A stretch of DNA of 64,000 nt from the human T2T-CHM13v2.0 reference genome, Homo sapiens. The DNA is taken from the NCBI RefSeq assembly GCF_009914755.1, contig NC_060939.1. One strand, given 5' to 3'. The position numbers and the translations under genes were made by a program. This document shows positions 1 to 12,339 of the stretch, piece after piece. A model generated the notes under the pieces. The model saw only the letters and a program-made list of their open reading frames with translations, was not told where the DNA came from and made no database searches. The number at the start of each line of letters is the position of its first letter. Position 1 is the first letter of the stretch.

Positions 1-61
1 GTTTCTCAAGGCAGGATAAATGCTTGATTGTTTCTCTTCATAGGTCAGTTTTCAGAATAAA

Positions 62-135
62 GAGTTGGTACCATAGAAATCTCCATAAATGTCCAGTGAG
101 TTGGTACCTTAGAAATCTCCATAAATGTCCAGTGA
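62..135. repeat. 36-bp tandem duplication (2 copies, 1 mismatch)
   Basis: gagttggtacc(a/t)tagaaatctccataaatgtccagt at 62-97 and 98-133. Confidence 0.95.
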
Positions 136-511
136 AATTGATTTTATATTCTTAAGAACTTATAGATGTATATATGTATATGTATATCATCTAGTCCTTT
201 GCAGTCGTTAGTCTTTTTGATGCTTAAATTGTTTCATCTCCATCCAGTGGGAGCCATTCAAGTTTGCTCCTTTCTCCCGTTGACATGAGCCTACTCCTGT
301 CTCTGATAGCTTGCTGGCTTCTCGGCAGTGAGCTTTCACAGGCTTGTTTTGGGAATAGTCAGCCCCTAGTTTTGAAACCACTTTTATAAGGAATCTCATT
401 TACTTTTTGTTAGAAGATGTAGTTAGAGAACACAGTCTGGGTTCTCTAGGATTTTTTTCTTTTTCTTGTAGAGCTTTTCAGAGTTCAGATCTGGGTACTA
501 TTGTTTCTTAA

Positions 512-845
<334 letters not shown>

Positions 846-920
846 CCAATTCAGATTTAAAATTCATTTTTACCTCTTGATTTACAATTTTTATTTTTCT
901 TCTCATAAGCTAAAAATCCT

Positions 921-1216
921 GGCTGGGCGCAGTGGCTCATGCCTGTAATCCCAGCACTTTGGGAGCCAAGGCAGGTGGATCACTTGAGCTCAGGAGTTCG
1001 AGACCAGCCTGGCCAACATGGCAAAATCCCATCTTTACTAAAAATATAAAAATTAGCTGAGCATGGTGGTGCACACCTGTAATCCTGGCTACTTGGGAGG
1101 CTGGGGCATGGGAATTGCTTGAACCCAGGAGGCAGAGGCTACTGGGATCACACTACTGAATTCCAGTCTTGGCAACAGAGTGAGACTGTCTCAAAAAAAA
1201 AAAAGAAAAAGAAAAA
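921..1216 (+). mobile_element. Alu (Jb/S-type) SINE
   Basis: ggctgggcgcagtggctc start, central A-rich linker, poly(A) tail. Confidence 0.93.
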
Positions 1217-1529
1217 GCTTGACCATTAATAATATTAACATAATGATCTTTTTTTTTAGCTTAAAGTTTAGAATAGTTTAAAAATAGTAGTACACGTATT
1301 GTTACTAACAACAAAACTACAAAGAACATTGTAAGTACTTTTTTTCCCTGGTGATATAACCCACTGGATGATATATACAGTCAAAACAGTGAGTTTTAAA
1401 ATCAATTGAAATAATTCTTCAGTTCGTACTTTTGTCACCAATATGATATATAGTTATATATGTTTCCATTATTTTTTAGATATTTAGGGATGACTTTGTA
1501 CTTTCTTTCTGGTTTGAAAATTATAATTC

Positions 1530-2155
1530 TTTTTTACTGAAGTGTTAGAAATATACAGAAATATGTACAAAAGGTAAATGTACTGCTTCATGAATTATTG
1601 CCAAGTGTGAAAACCCAAGAAACTGCCACTGGGTCAAGAAACAGAACATTAAGTAGGACGTTGCCAGCATACCCGGGGACCCTCTTGTGCCCTCTCCTGA
1701 TCACTGTTCTCTCCGTTTGCGCCAAAGGAAGTTACCATAACTTCCAACTCTATGATGATTTTGCCTGCTTTTGAATTTTATTTAAATTGAGTCATATGAT
1801 ATGTATACTTTGGTATCTGGCTTCTCTTATTTCATATTATGTTTATGGAATCATCCTTGTTGCAGGTACCTGTAGTTCATTTTTAGTGCATGAGTATACT
1901 ACATCACTGGCGATGGGCATTTGGATTGTTTTCTGTATTTGGCTATTATAAACCTTGCAAACACATTTTGATGCACTTGCGCAAGCTCTCTGTTGGGTAT
2001 GTGTAGGAATAAAATTGGTAGGTTATAGGATATGTGGGTGTTCAACTTTAGGGGGTAATCTAAACTGTTTTCCAAAAAGGTTGTAGAAGTTAAAATGCTT
2101 TGACTAATGAAAGAATGCTCAGTGCTCTGTATTCTCATTAATGCTTGGTGTTGGC
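1530..2155 (-). mobile_element. Old L1M (L1ME-like) 3' end fragment
   Basis: Degenerate antisense L1ME 3'UTR motifs (gggtcaagaaacagaacatt; gatgggcatttggattgttttctgtatttggctattataaa). Confidence 0.65.
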
Positions 2156-2419
2156 ATAAATCATGTTAAATAAGTATTTACCAGTTTCCTCTTTGTTTTT
2201 AACATTAATGGTTATTGAGTTTGGTATGGCATCTGAAGATATGAGTATAGAATTTTTCTTCCCATCTCTATTAATAGGTGGATTATATTAATGGAATTCC
2301 TAAAAATAAATCACCTTTGCATCTTCAGAAGAAACAACTTGGTGCTCTCTATAATTCACTTTTGGAGTCTCTTTCCTAATGTTTTTTTCTAGGATTATTC
2401 CTCTATTTTTTCTAGCCAC

Positions 2420-2770
2420 ATTACATTGACTCTTGGAGAGCCCAGGCTGTTTGTCCTGTAGAATGTTCCACATTGCAGATTTGTCTACTTGCTTTTTCTT
2501 GGTATTGCTAACTTATTCCTCTAGTCCACACATTCCCTATAAACTGTAAGTTAGGTCTGGAAGCTTCATTAGATTTGGGTTAAACCTTTTTTTTTTTTTT
2601 TTTTTTTTTGATAAGAACATATCGTAGGTGATATTGGGTACTTCATATTTCAACTCATCAGGAAGCATGCAGTGTCAAGTTTTATTAGTTGTGCCTACTT
2701 TGACCATTTGATTAAAGTGGTGCTGCCAGAGAGCTCCATAGTAAAGGTACATCTTTTCCTTTGCAGTGCC
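2420..2770 (-). mobile_element. L1MC4/5-like 3' fragment
   Basis: gtcctgtagaatgttccacattgcagatttgtct and related L1MC 3'UTR motifs. Confidence 0.55.
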
Positions 2771-2946
2771 ACTTTACCTTTCACGTGATATATGCAATAA
2801 GAACATAATATTAAAAATCATGTAGATTATAACTGCTGTTTTAACATTTTTCTAAAATAAAACATACAATTTTAGTTCAGGAAATGTTAATCATTATATT
2901 GTCATTAATCGCCATTGCATTTTCTCTTTTTTTCAACAGATTATTA

Positions 2947-3310
2947 CTATTTTTATTTTTGAGATGGAGTCTTATTGTGTTGTTCAGGCTGGACTACAAT
3001 GGCACAATCATAGCTCACTACTTGGGCTTAAGCTATCTTCCCACCTCAGCCTCCTAAGTAGCTAGTACTACAGGTGTGTGCCACCATGCCCAGCTGTTTT
3101 CGTTTGTTCTTTTTTTTTGTAGAGATGTAGTCTTCCTATGTTGCCCAGGCTGGTCTTTTTAGTTTTAAAAAAATCATTTTAGCCTAGCTTTATTGAATGC
3201 TTACTGTGTACCAGGTGCCAGGCTGGTCTTAAACTCCCGGGTTCAAGTTATCCATCCATCTGAGCCTCCCAAAGAGTTGGGATTACAGGCATGAGCCATC
3301 ACACCTGGCC
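2947..3310 (-). mobile_element. AluJ SINE interrupted by a 60-bp insertion
   Basis: Antisense Alu with J-type diagnostics; TSD tcaacagattatta at 2933-2946 and 3311-3324. Confidence 0.92.
3158..3217 (-). mobile_element. Short retro-insertion (L2-like tail with AATAAA and A-rich end) inside AluJ
   Basis: 13-bp direct repeats ccaggctggtctt at 3145-3157 and 3218-3230; minus strand reads cacctggtacacagtaagcattcAATAAAgctaggctaaaatgatttttttaaaactaaa. Confidence 0.7.
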
Positions 3311-3365
3311 TCAACAGATTATTAATTCACTATCACCATGATTGTTTTTGAAATTAATCTAATTT

Positions 3366-3662
3366 AATTTTTGTTTTTTGAGGTAGGGTCTTGCTCTGTT
3401 GTCCAGAGTGCAGTAGCATGATCATGGCTCACTGCAACTTCACACTCCTGGGCTCAACTGACCCTCCCACCTCAGCCTTCCTAGTAGCTGGGACTACAGG
3501 TACATGCCACCATGCCTGGCTAATCTTTTAATTTTTACTTTTAGTAGAGATGGTGTCTCGTATTATTTCCCAGGCTGGTCTCTAACTTCTGGTGACAAGC
3601 AATCCACCTGCCTCAGCCTTCCAAAGTGCTGGGATTACAGGCATGAGCCACTGCACCTGACC
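3366..3662 (-). mobile_element. AluJ SINE
   Basis: Antisense Alu with J-type features; flanked by tctaatt(t)aatt repeats. Confidence 0.92.
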
Positions 3663-3677
3663 TCTAATTAATTAATT

Positions 3678-3977
3678 GATATATTTTTAATGTTTATTTT
3701 TTATTTCAATAGCTTTTGGAGTATGAGTGGTTTTTGATTACATGGATGAGTTGTACAACAGTGAAGTCTGAGATTTTAGTGCACTGGTCACCCGAGTAGT
3801 GTAGATTGTGCTCAATATGTAGTTTTTTTAATCCCTCTCTCCTCCCTCACTTGTGAGTCTCCAGTGTCCATTATACCACTCCGTATGCCTTTGCATACCC
3901 ATAGCTTAGCTCCCACTTATAACTGGGAACATAAGATATTTGGATTTCTGTTCCTGAGTTACTTCCTTAGAATAATG
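3678..3977 (-). mobile_element. L1PB-like 3' end, 5'-truncated
   Basis: ttttatttcaatagcttttgg...gtgaagtctgagattttagtgcac...gagttacttccttagaataatg; flanked by ctg(a/g)cctctaatt repeats. Confidence 0.8.
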
Positions 3978-4689
3978 CTGGCCTCTAATTTAATTTGAAA
4001 AATTTATTTTGCATTCTATGTCCTCATGTTTTTTGTGGGATAATCACATTTTATGATTTAGTTCTTTAAAAGAGTGAAATATCATAAGAATTATTGACTT
4101 AAGTATATTGGTACTGTGTTCTTTAGCTTTCTACTGAATTGGTTATAGAATTGAATTTTATGTTAAAAGTGGGTATATGGTGATTGGAAGCATTATTTAA
4201 CTTAGTTCTTTCTGAAAGTTCTGTGCCTTTGGAAACTCTAAACATAGCATATGATGAATCTGTTTCAAAGGCTGTGAGATTGTGTGCTCCACTTTGGGCT
4301 CTTGCTCCATATTAAGATGCACAATTGCACTACTTTCTCTTCTCTGTCTCCTAGCTTGAGTAGTATTGCTTTTCATTTCTAGAACAACTACACGGTGTCA
4401 GTTCTGTCATTGTCCTTATTTTCTATAGTCCTCATTTTTAATTTATAATCTTTTTTAAGAACAAACAGCACTTGTTGCACTTTCTGAGATGTATGAATTA
4501 TATATACATATACATGGACTTATTTTTCCCTATAGTTTTTCCATGTAGCATTTATGATTTTGTAAATATTCTAATTATAAAAATAACATGTGGTCTTCTA
4601 ATTATGGCAATTTAGCTATTGAAATAATCTTGCAAATTATGTGTGATCCTCCCACATCAAAAGAAAAAAAATACAAAAACAAACGTAGA

Positions 4690-5082
<393 letters not shown>

Positions 5083-5339
5083 TCAGAAATGGGGGCAACT
5101 AAAATCCTGAACTGGTAACACTTTAAGGCTGCCTGGGACAAGATGAGGTGGTAGTTATTGCTGTTGTATAATAGTTTTGAGGTTTGATACAATTTAAGAA
5201 TAGAAGATGAGGTCAGAGGTTTGCCTGAAGCAGTTAGGTGGAGCTAAGAGCCTTGAAGAGCTATCAATAAAATGGGGAATTTGGAAAAAAAAAAAAAAAA
5301 GGCAACTCACTTACCTACACAGAGAGATAACAAAGAAGT

Positions 5340-5645
5340 TTGTTTGTTTGTTTACTTATTTATTGAAGACTGAGTCTTGCCCTGTTGCCCAGGCCGGAGT
5401 GCAGTGGTGCAATCTTGGCTCACTGCAACCTCTGCCTCCTGGGTTCAAGCAGTTCTCTGCTTCAGCCTCCCGAGTAGCTGGGATTACAGGCATCTACCAC
5501 CACACCCGTCTAATTTTTGTATTTTTAGTAGATACAGGGTTTCACTATCTTGGCCAGGCTGGTCTTAAACTCCTGACCTTGTGATCCACTCGCCTTGGCT
5601 TCCCAAAGTGCTGGGATTACAGACATGAGCCATGGCGCCCAGCCA
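5340..5645 (-). mobile_element. AluS SINE
   Basis: Antisense Alu; aagtttgtt repeated on both flanks. Confidence 0.93.
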
Positions 5646-6577
5646 AAGTTTGTTGATTTTTATCTTCAGCTCTAGAAAGAGGGAAAAAAAGTCTTCCATA
5701 TAAATTTTCAACTGCAGTTTTTTGTTTTCAATTTTCATCATGTTTTGAGGTATGAATTTATACTTCTCCCAAACTGGGAAATTAACATAACAGCCACACC
5801 TGGGCTTCTGGTTCTGGTAAAGGTCGAGGAGCTGTATTGGGCTTACCCTCTTGCCAATAATAATAATAAAAGATCTGGATGGAATATAAAAACAAAAATA
5901 GGTAGAAACTGGAGGCAACACACTACTTGAAACAAGGGAAGTGACCTGGCTGAGCTGTACATTTAACTGGTTTATCCTGCAGATGTGCTAGGTTCACACC
6001 AAGGGAATAGAGTTTAGGCAGGAAGTGACTTCTTCCTGGGGCAAGGAACTGAGGTTGGAATTTGGCCCTGCTGGGAAAGAGTGGTGGAGAATGAGTAGGG
6101 AAAAATCATAGTGACAGCAGAGTCACAAAATATGTGTACAAGTTCCTCTACAGTCATTGGCTATCTTTGACGTTGTGCCTGTGCTGAACGACACCCTGTG
6201 GAAGCCAGCAGAAAGCAGCAGCTGTGAGGTTAAAGAGTTGAGCAGAAATTCCAGCAGTTGCTTGAGCTAGGGAGATAGAGTTTGGAGGTGAAGTCTCACC
6301 AAGTTAAGAGGGGCTTGGTAAACACCTTGAACTTTCCATTGAAATGTGAGAAGGGCCATGCCACACCTTAGGACTAAGAATCATGTACTGGGACTAAGGG
6401 CTACATCCTAGGGCTAAAGGAAAAACAAGAAAAGACTGGTACTAACAAAAGCAAAAAGAAGCCTTCACAGGATTGAGGTGACTGGCCAGACGCTACTTGC
6501 CAGAACACACAACTCAGTGCTCTGTGGAGGAAAATAAGGTTATCGAGAGTCTTTAGTATATATTATCCTGAAGGTTC

Positions 6578-8130
6578 AGAGGAGAAACACTTGGTGACTG
6601 TGACTTAGATAAAGAGATTTTAGACTTAACACCAAGAGCATCATCTAGAAAAGAAAAAAGTTAATAAAAGTTAATAAATTGGACTTCATCAAAATTAAAA
6701 ACATTTGCTCCACCAAAGACCCTGTTGAAATGGTGAAAAGACAAGCTAGACACATGGACTAAATATTTACAAGCTACATATCTGACAAAGGACTCATATC
6801 TGGAGTATGTCTCAAACCTCAATGCAAAAAACATTCAATTAGAAAATGGGCAGAAGACATGAGAAACATTTTACCAAAGAGGCTATATGAATAGCAGATG
6901 AGTACATGAGAATATACTTGTCATTGTTATCTGTTAAAGAAAAGCAAACTAATTCTGCAACTATACACCTATTAAAACAATATAATAGTGGCAGTACCAA
7001 GTGCTGTCAAGGATGCTGAAAAACTAGCTCTGTACATTGCTAATGGGAGTGTAAAATCGTACAACTACTCTGGAAACATTTTGGCCATTTGGTAAACTAA
7101 ACATTTACTTACCATATTTTAACTCCATATTACATATCCATATGAATAACATATTAAATATTCACTTTGAGCTTTTTTTCAGAGGTATGAAATCTTATGT
7201 TCATGCAAATATCTATATATGACTATTCATACTAGCTTTATTTGTAATAAACTGAAACTGGAAACACTAGAATGTCACTCAGTTTGTGAATGATTAAACA
7301 AACTGTGTTATATCCTTAGAATGGAATACTCCTTAGTAAAGTGAAATGAACTATTGATACCCAACAACTTGGATGGTTTTTAAGGGCATTAGGTGAGTGA
7401 AATGTCATATTAATATACCATTCTTGAAATGACAGTGTGAGGAAACAGATCAGTGTGTATTAGTCCATTCTTATGCCGCTATGAAGAAATACCCAAGACT
7501 GGGTAATTTATAGGGAAAAGAGATTTAATTGACTCACAGTTCCACGTGGCTGGGGAGGCCTCAGGAAACTTACAATCATGGCAGATGGCACTTCTTCACA
7601 TGGCGGGAGGAGAGAATGAGTGCCGAGTGGAGGGGGAAGCCCCTTATAAAACCATCAGATCTTGTAAGAACTTACTATTGTGAAAACAGCATGAGGGAAA
7701 CCGCCCCCATGATTCAGTTATCTCCACCTGGTCCCACCCTTGACATGTGGGGATTATTACGATTCAGGGTGAGCTTTGGGTGGGGACACAGAGCCAAACT
7801 ATATCACAGTGGTTGCCAGGGGTTAGGGATATTGGGGGAAGAGGGAGAGTTTGAGTGCATAAGGATTACATGAGGGAGATCTTCATCATGATTGATTGGT
7901 TCTGTACTTTGATTGCAGAGGTGGTTGTGTGAATCTACACATGTGGTAAAGTGATGTAGAATTATATATGCACATTGTACCAATGGCAGACTTTTGGCTT
8001 TGATATTGTTCTATAATTATGTAAGATGTTACCATTATGGGAAACTGGAGGAAGGGCATATGGGACTTCTTTGTACTGCTTTTTCTATTCCCTGTGAGTT
8101 TATAATTATTTTATAATAAAAGTTCAAAAA
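6578..8130 (+). mobile_element. L1MC/MD-type ORF2 end and 3'UTR, interrupted by a THE1 LTR
   Basis: aataaattggacttcatcaaaattaaaa (ORF2), L1MC-type 3'UTR ending ataataaaagttcaaaaa; sequence resumes across the LTR (cagatcagtg|gttgccagggg). Confidence 0.75.
7456..7806 (-). mobile_element. THE1 (THE1C-like) MaLR solo LTR
   Basis: tgtattagtccatt...ccaaactatatca ends; 5-bp TSD cagtg at 7451-7455 and 7807-7811. Confidence 0.9.
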
Positions 8131-9042
8131 CACTTATTGGATGGACATCACAGAACATAATAGAAGAAAGAATCAGTGAATTATAGGTCTGTTTAATAGA
8201 AATGACTCAAACTGACACACAAAGCAAAAAGAATGAAGAAAACAGAACACAGTGTCTGAGACTTTGTGGAATAATATTATATAAAATTATCTAACAGTCA
8301 CATGATTTGACCCTCAGAAGGAGATGAAAGAATGAGATAGAAGGAATATTTGAAGGAATAATTGTTGAAAATGTTTCCAAATTGATGATAATGTCAGCTC
8401 ACATTCCCAAGAATCACATTGAACCCTGACCAAGATAAACCAAAGAGGACTACATCTAGGCTCATCATAGTCAAACTGCTTAAAATCAAAACTAAAGAGA
8501 AAAATCCTAAAAGCAATTAGAGAAATCCTATATAGTCCATGTTGGGAAACAGTTACATCAATGTGTGCTGACTTCTCATTTGAAACCATAGATGCCATTA
8601 GACAGTGGAACAATATTTTTAAAGTGTTCAAAGAAAAAAATTGCTATCCCAGAATTCTGTATTTTGCCAAAATACTCTCAAAAATAAAAAGGAAATAAAG
8701 AAAAAAATGGGTAAATTAGTCTCCAAACTGAGAGAATTTGACTCAAAATGTTAAAATGAGTTTTTCATGTTAAATGAGCAAATATAAACCTGGGTTTACA
8801 AGAATAACTGAAGAGTACTATAGTGGTAAATATGTTGGAAAATAAACAATTTTTCATAACTTGTTAAATCTATTGATTAAGGCCAGAAAAATGTATTGTG
8901 TGTTTTATAACATAAGTAGAAGTAAAATATATGACAGCAATTGTATAAAGGGTTGGAGGAACATATGCAGAAGTGTTTAATGTGAATTTTATTGTATCCC
9001 TATATTTTATGTGTATATTGTTTTATGTATATATTGTATGTG

Positions 9043-9348
9043 TTTTTTTTTTTTTTTTTTTTTTTTTTTTGAGAGAGCACACTCGGTTACCCAGGCTGGA
9101 GTGTGGTGGCATGATCTTGGCTCATTGCACCTCTGTCTCCTGGGTTCAAGTGATTCTTGTGCCTCAACCTCCTGAATAACTGGGATTACAGGTGTGTGCT
9201 ACCATGCCCGGCTAATTTTTAATTTTATTTTTTAGTAGAGGTGGGGTTTCATCCTGTTGGCCAGGCTGGTCCTGAACTCCGGCCTCAGGTGATTCATCTG
9301 CCTTAGCCTCCCAAAGTGCTGGGATTATAGGCACCAGCCACCATGCCC
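9043..9348 (-). mobile_element. AluS SINE
   Basis: Poly(T) followed by antisense Alu dimer. Confidence 0.92.
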
Positions 9349-9368
9349 TGTATAGCCCATAATACAAT

Positions 9369-9559
9369 ATTATGAGCTAATACTGTGTATGTACTTACAT
9401 GTATGTGAAATAGTATAATGTTGATTAAAGGTTACTTCTGATAATTTATGCATACTATTATAATTGGAAGACTATCCAGAAAAAAAAAACACTAAAAAAC
9501 AAGAGTAATTACTAAATAGTGAGTAGAAGAGATAAAAAGGAAAACTTGGCTAATCATAG
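9369..9559 (+). repeat. Source copy of a ~190-bp local direct duplication (partner 14008-14202)
   Basis: attatgagctaat...cttggctaatcatag occurs twice; about 12 substitutions plus an A-run length difference. Confidence 0.93.
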
Positions 9560-9650
9560 TGCGGTGGTGTTTACACCTGATTGCAACTAGTTACAGATTT
9601 GTTTCTTCTCCACTCCCACTGCTTCACTTGACTAGCCTTAAAAAAAAAAA
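9548..9650 (+). pseudogene. Y RNA (hY3/RNY3-derived) retropseudogene with poly(A)
   Basis: gtgcggtggtgtttaca...agttacagattt...cttctccactcccactgcttcacttgactagcctt followed by an A-run; matches hY3 with short internal deletions. Confidence 0.9.
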
Positions 9651-9853
9651 TATATATATATAAATTAACATTTAATCAGGAATAAGTCAGGAAAGGAGGA
9701 ATAAAGAAAGAAAGATAAAATAGGGCAAATAGCAAATGACAAGATGATACACTTAAACCTCACCATATTAATAACTGTTAAATATGAGTAGCCTAAATAT
9801 TCCCATCAAAAGGCAGAGATTGTCATACTAGATTGGGGAAAAAAAAAGACCTA

Positions 9854-9990
9854 GGCTGGTGCAGTGGCTCACACCTGTAATCCCAGCACTTTGGGAGGCC
9901 AAGGTGGGTGGATCACTTGAGGTCAGGACTTCAAGACAACCCTGACCAACATGGCAAAACCTGTCTCTACTAAAAAAAAAAAAAAAAAAA
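9854..9990 (+). mobile_element. Left arm of host AluS, linker invaded by a younger Alu
   Basis: ggctggtgcagtggctcacacctg...ctctactaaaa(n). Confidence 0.88.
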
Positions 9991-9994
9991 TTAC

Positions 9995-10300
9995 AGCTGG
10001 GTTCGGTGGCTCATGCCTGTAATCCCAGCACTTTGGGAGCCCAAGGCGGGCGGATCACAAGGTCAGGAGATCGAGACCAACCTGGCTAACATGGTGAAAC
10101 CCCGTCTCTACTACAAATACAAAAAATCAGACGGGCGTGGTGGCAGGCGCCTGTAGTCTCGGCTACTCGGGAGGCTGAGGCAGGAGAATGGCGTGAATCT
10201 GGGAGGTGGAGCTTGCAGTGAGCCTAGATCGCGCCACTGCACTCCAGCCTGGGCGACAGAGCAAGACTCTGTCTCAAAAAGAACCAGAAAAACAAAACAA
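9995..10300 (+). mobile_element. AluY-like element inserted in the host Alu linker
   Basis: gagatcgagaccaacctggctaac, gaatggcgtgaa and gagcttgcagtgagc diagnostics. Confidence 0.9.
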
Positions 10301-10307
10301 GAAAAAA

Positions 10308-10843
10308 TTAGGTGGGCATGGTGGTGCACGCCTCTGTAATCCCAGCTACTTGGGAGGCTGAGGCAGGAGAATGGCTTGAACCCTGGAGGCAGGTGAGCTG
10401 AGATCCCACTACTGCACTCCAGCCTGGGTGACAGAGAGAGACTCCATCTCAAAAAAAAAAAAAAACCCAAAAAAACAAAACAAACAAGAAAAAATTAGGT
10501 GGGCATGGTGGTGCACGCCTCTGTAATCCCAGCTACTTGGGAGGCTGAAGCAAGAGAATGGCTTGAACCCTGGAGGCAGGTGAGCTGAGATCCCACTACT
10601 GCACTCCAGCCTGGGTGACAGAGAGAGACTCCATCTCAAAAAAAACAAAACCCAAAAAAACAAAACAAACAAGAAAAAAATAGGTGGTCATGGTGGTGCA
10701 CGCCTCTGTAATCCCAGCTACTTGGGAGGCTGAGGCAGGAGAATGGCTTGAACCCTAGAGGCAGGTGAGCCGAGATCCCACTACTGCACTCCAGCCTGAG
10801 CGACAGAGTGAGACTCTGTCTCAAAAAGAAAAAAAAAAAGAAG
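10308..10843 (+). repeat. Tandem triplication of an Alu right arm (~185-187-bp unit)
   Basis: Units start at about 10308, 10495 and 10680; all share private variants gcctCTgtaatc, gaatggcttgaacc and ggcag^gtgagc. Confidence 0.93.
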
Positions 10844-11676
10844 AAGGACTAGCTGTATACAGTTTCTATGAGACATAGTTTAAATAGGAGGTTAGACCTA
10901 TAAAATAGAAGGAAGATATACCATGGAAACACTAGCAACAAGAAAGCTTGAGTAGCTATATTAATAACAAAGTAAAAATTAAGGGAGTATTACTAGAGAT
11001 AAAAACAGTTCATAATAATGAAAGTTTCAGTTCATTAGGAAGCATTAACAATCCTTATTTTGTCTGTGTAAAATGAGACTACTTTAAAATATATGAAGGA
11101 AAAATTGACAGAACTAAAAGGAGAACTTGATAATGACAAATTCATTATTGTTGGATATTTTTAAAATAAGTAGATAAAAATTCTGTGAAAACATGGAAGA
11201 TTTGAATGATATTAATAAAATTGAAAAAATTAACATTTATAGAATGCTAATTCCCACAATTGTGCAATACCTTTATTTTGAAACCACACTGAATAGTCAC
11301 TGAAACAGACCATACTCTTGGCCACAAAACATATCTTTGTAACAAAGTATTGAAATTGTTTAGAATATGTTCTCTGACCATGATTGAATTAAATTAGAAA
11401 TGTCTTAACAAGAAGAAATCTAGAAAATCCCCCAAATGTTGGGAAATTAAGAAAAATACTTGTAACTCATGGGTCAATAAAATCTCACAAATTTTTAGAA
11501 AATATTTAAAACTGAATAACAAGGGAAACCCAACACCTCACCATGTTTGTGATTCTGCTAACGTGGGAGTAAGAGTGAAATAATTCATAGCCGAAATGCT
11601 CAGATTAGAGCAGTCGTTCTGAAAACTCTGAGGATCACAATTGCCCAGACGGTTTTTGCTAAAACAAAGATTGTCA

Positions 11677-11962
11677 CACCGAGCGTGGCGACTCATGCTT
11701 GTAATCCCAGCACTTTGGGAGGTTGAGGTGGGCAGGTCACTTGAGGCCAGGAGCTTGAGACCAGCCTGATCAAGGGTGTTTTAGTAGAAACTGTCTTCTA
11801 AAAATACAAAAATTATCTGGGCATGGTGGTACACACCTGTAATCCCAGCTACTTGCAAGGCTGAGGCATAAGAATCGATTGAACCTGTGAGGTGGAGTTA
11901 GCAGTGAGCCAGGATCTTGTCATGCACTCCAGCCTGGGTGACACCTTGCCCCCAAAAAACAA
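11677..11962 (+). mobile_element. Alu (J/S-type) with a rearranged left-arm end
   Basis: Sense Alu; the linker-proximal segment is replaced by a short inverted copy. Confidence 0.85.
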
Positions 11963-12019
11963 TAGCCTCAGCCAGTCTCCTGAAAAAAAGCTCTTTAACA
12001 GCATCTTAGTTTGCCACAG

Positions 12020-12200
12020 TGGGCTCCGGAGGCCGAGTTTCAGTCCTGACTCATAATCCTGGGGACGTGCAAACCTGGCCAAGTTGGTGATGTATCAGCA
12101 CTCCATTTCCTTACATCTTAACTCAGTGGATTGCTGTGAGGGTGAACTGAGACAAACACAAAGGGCTGAGAACAGAGCCCAGCTCAGAGCAAATCTAGCC
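12020..12200 (+). mobile_element. MIR fragment
   Basis: ggattgctgtgagggtgaactgagac...gggctgagaacagagcccagctcagag core motif. Confidence 0.55.
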
Positions 12201-12339
12201 AGATGACACTGACATCTGTCACCATTACCTCCCCTGAGTTTGGTCAACTCTGGCTCTTTCTGACCCTCCACCAACACCCCCTCCTCTACCAGACTCACCG
12301 TGGGCCCCACTCACTATCTGGACAACTATAGGATTTGTG

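Larger units (their letters stand above)
8130..11610 (+). mobile_element. Degenerate old L1M ORF1 to ORF2-endonuclease region, split by Alus and a Y RNA retrocopy
   Basis: ORF1-like (agtgttcaaagaaaaaaattgctatcccagaattctg) and ORF2 EN-like (aaaaggcagagattgtca; atgttctctgaccatgattgaattaaattagaaat) motifs. Confidence 0.65.

Noticed and set aside
7545-7557. PRDM9-type motif in the THE1 LTR
   Set aside because: It reads CCTCCCCAGCCAC on the minus strand, the common non-hot form rather than CCTCCCTAGCCAC.
10111-10824. Three similar minus-strand ORFs suggesting a repeated protein domain
   Set aside because: They are antisense translations of the triplicated Alu right arm.
10308-10843. Repeat-spacer periodicity resembling CRISPR or an SVA VNTR
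   Set aside because: The units are plain Alu arms with A-rich tails; there are no unique spacers, cas genes or SVA hexamer/SINE-R.
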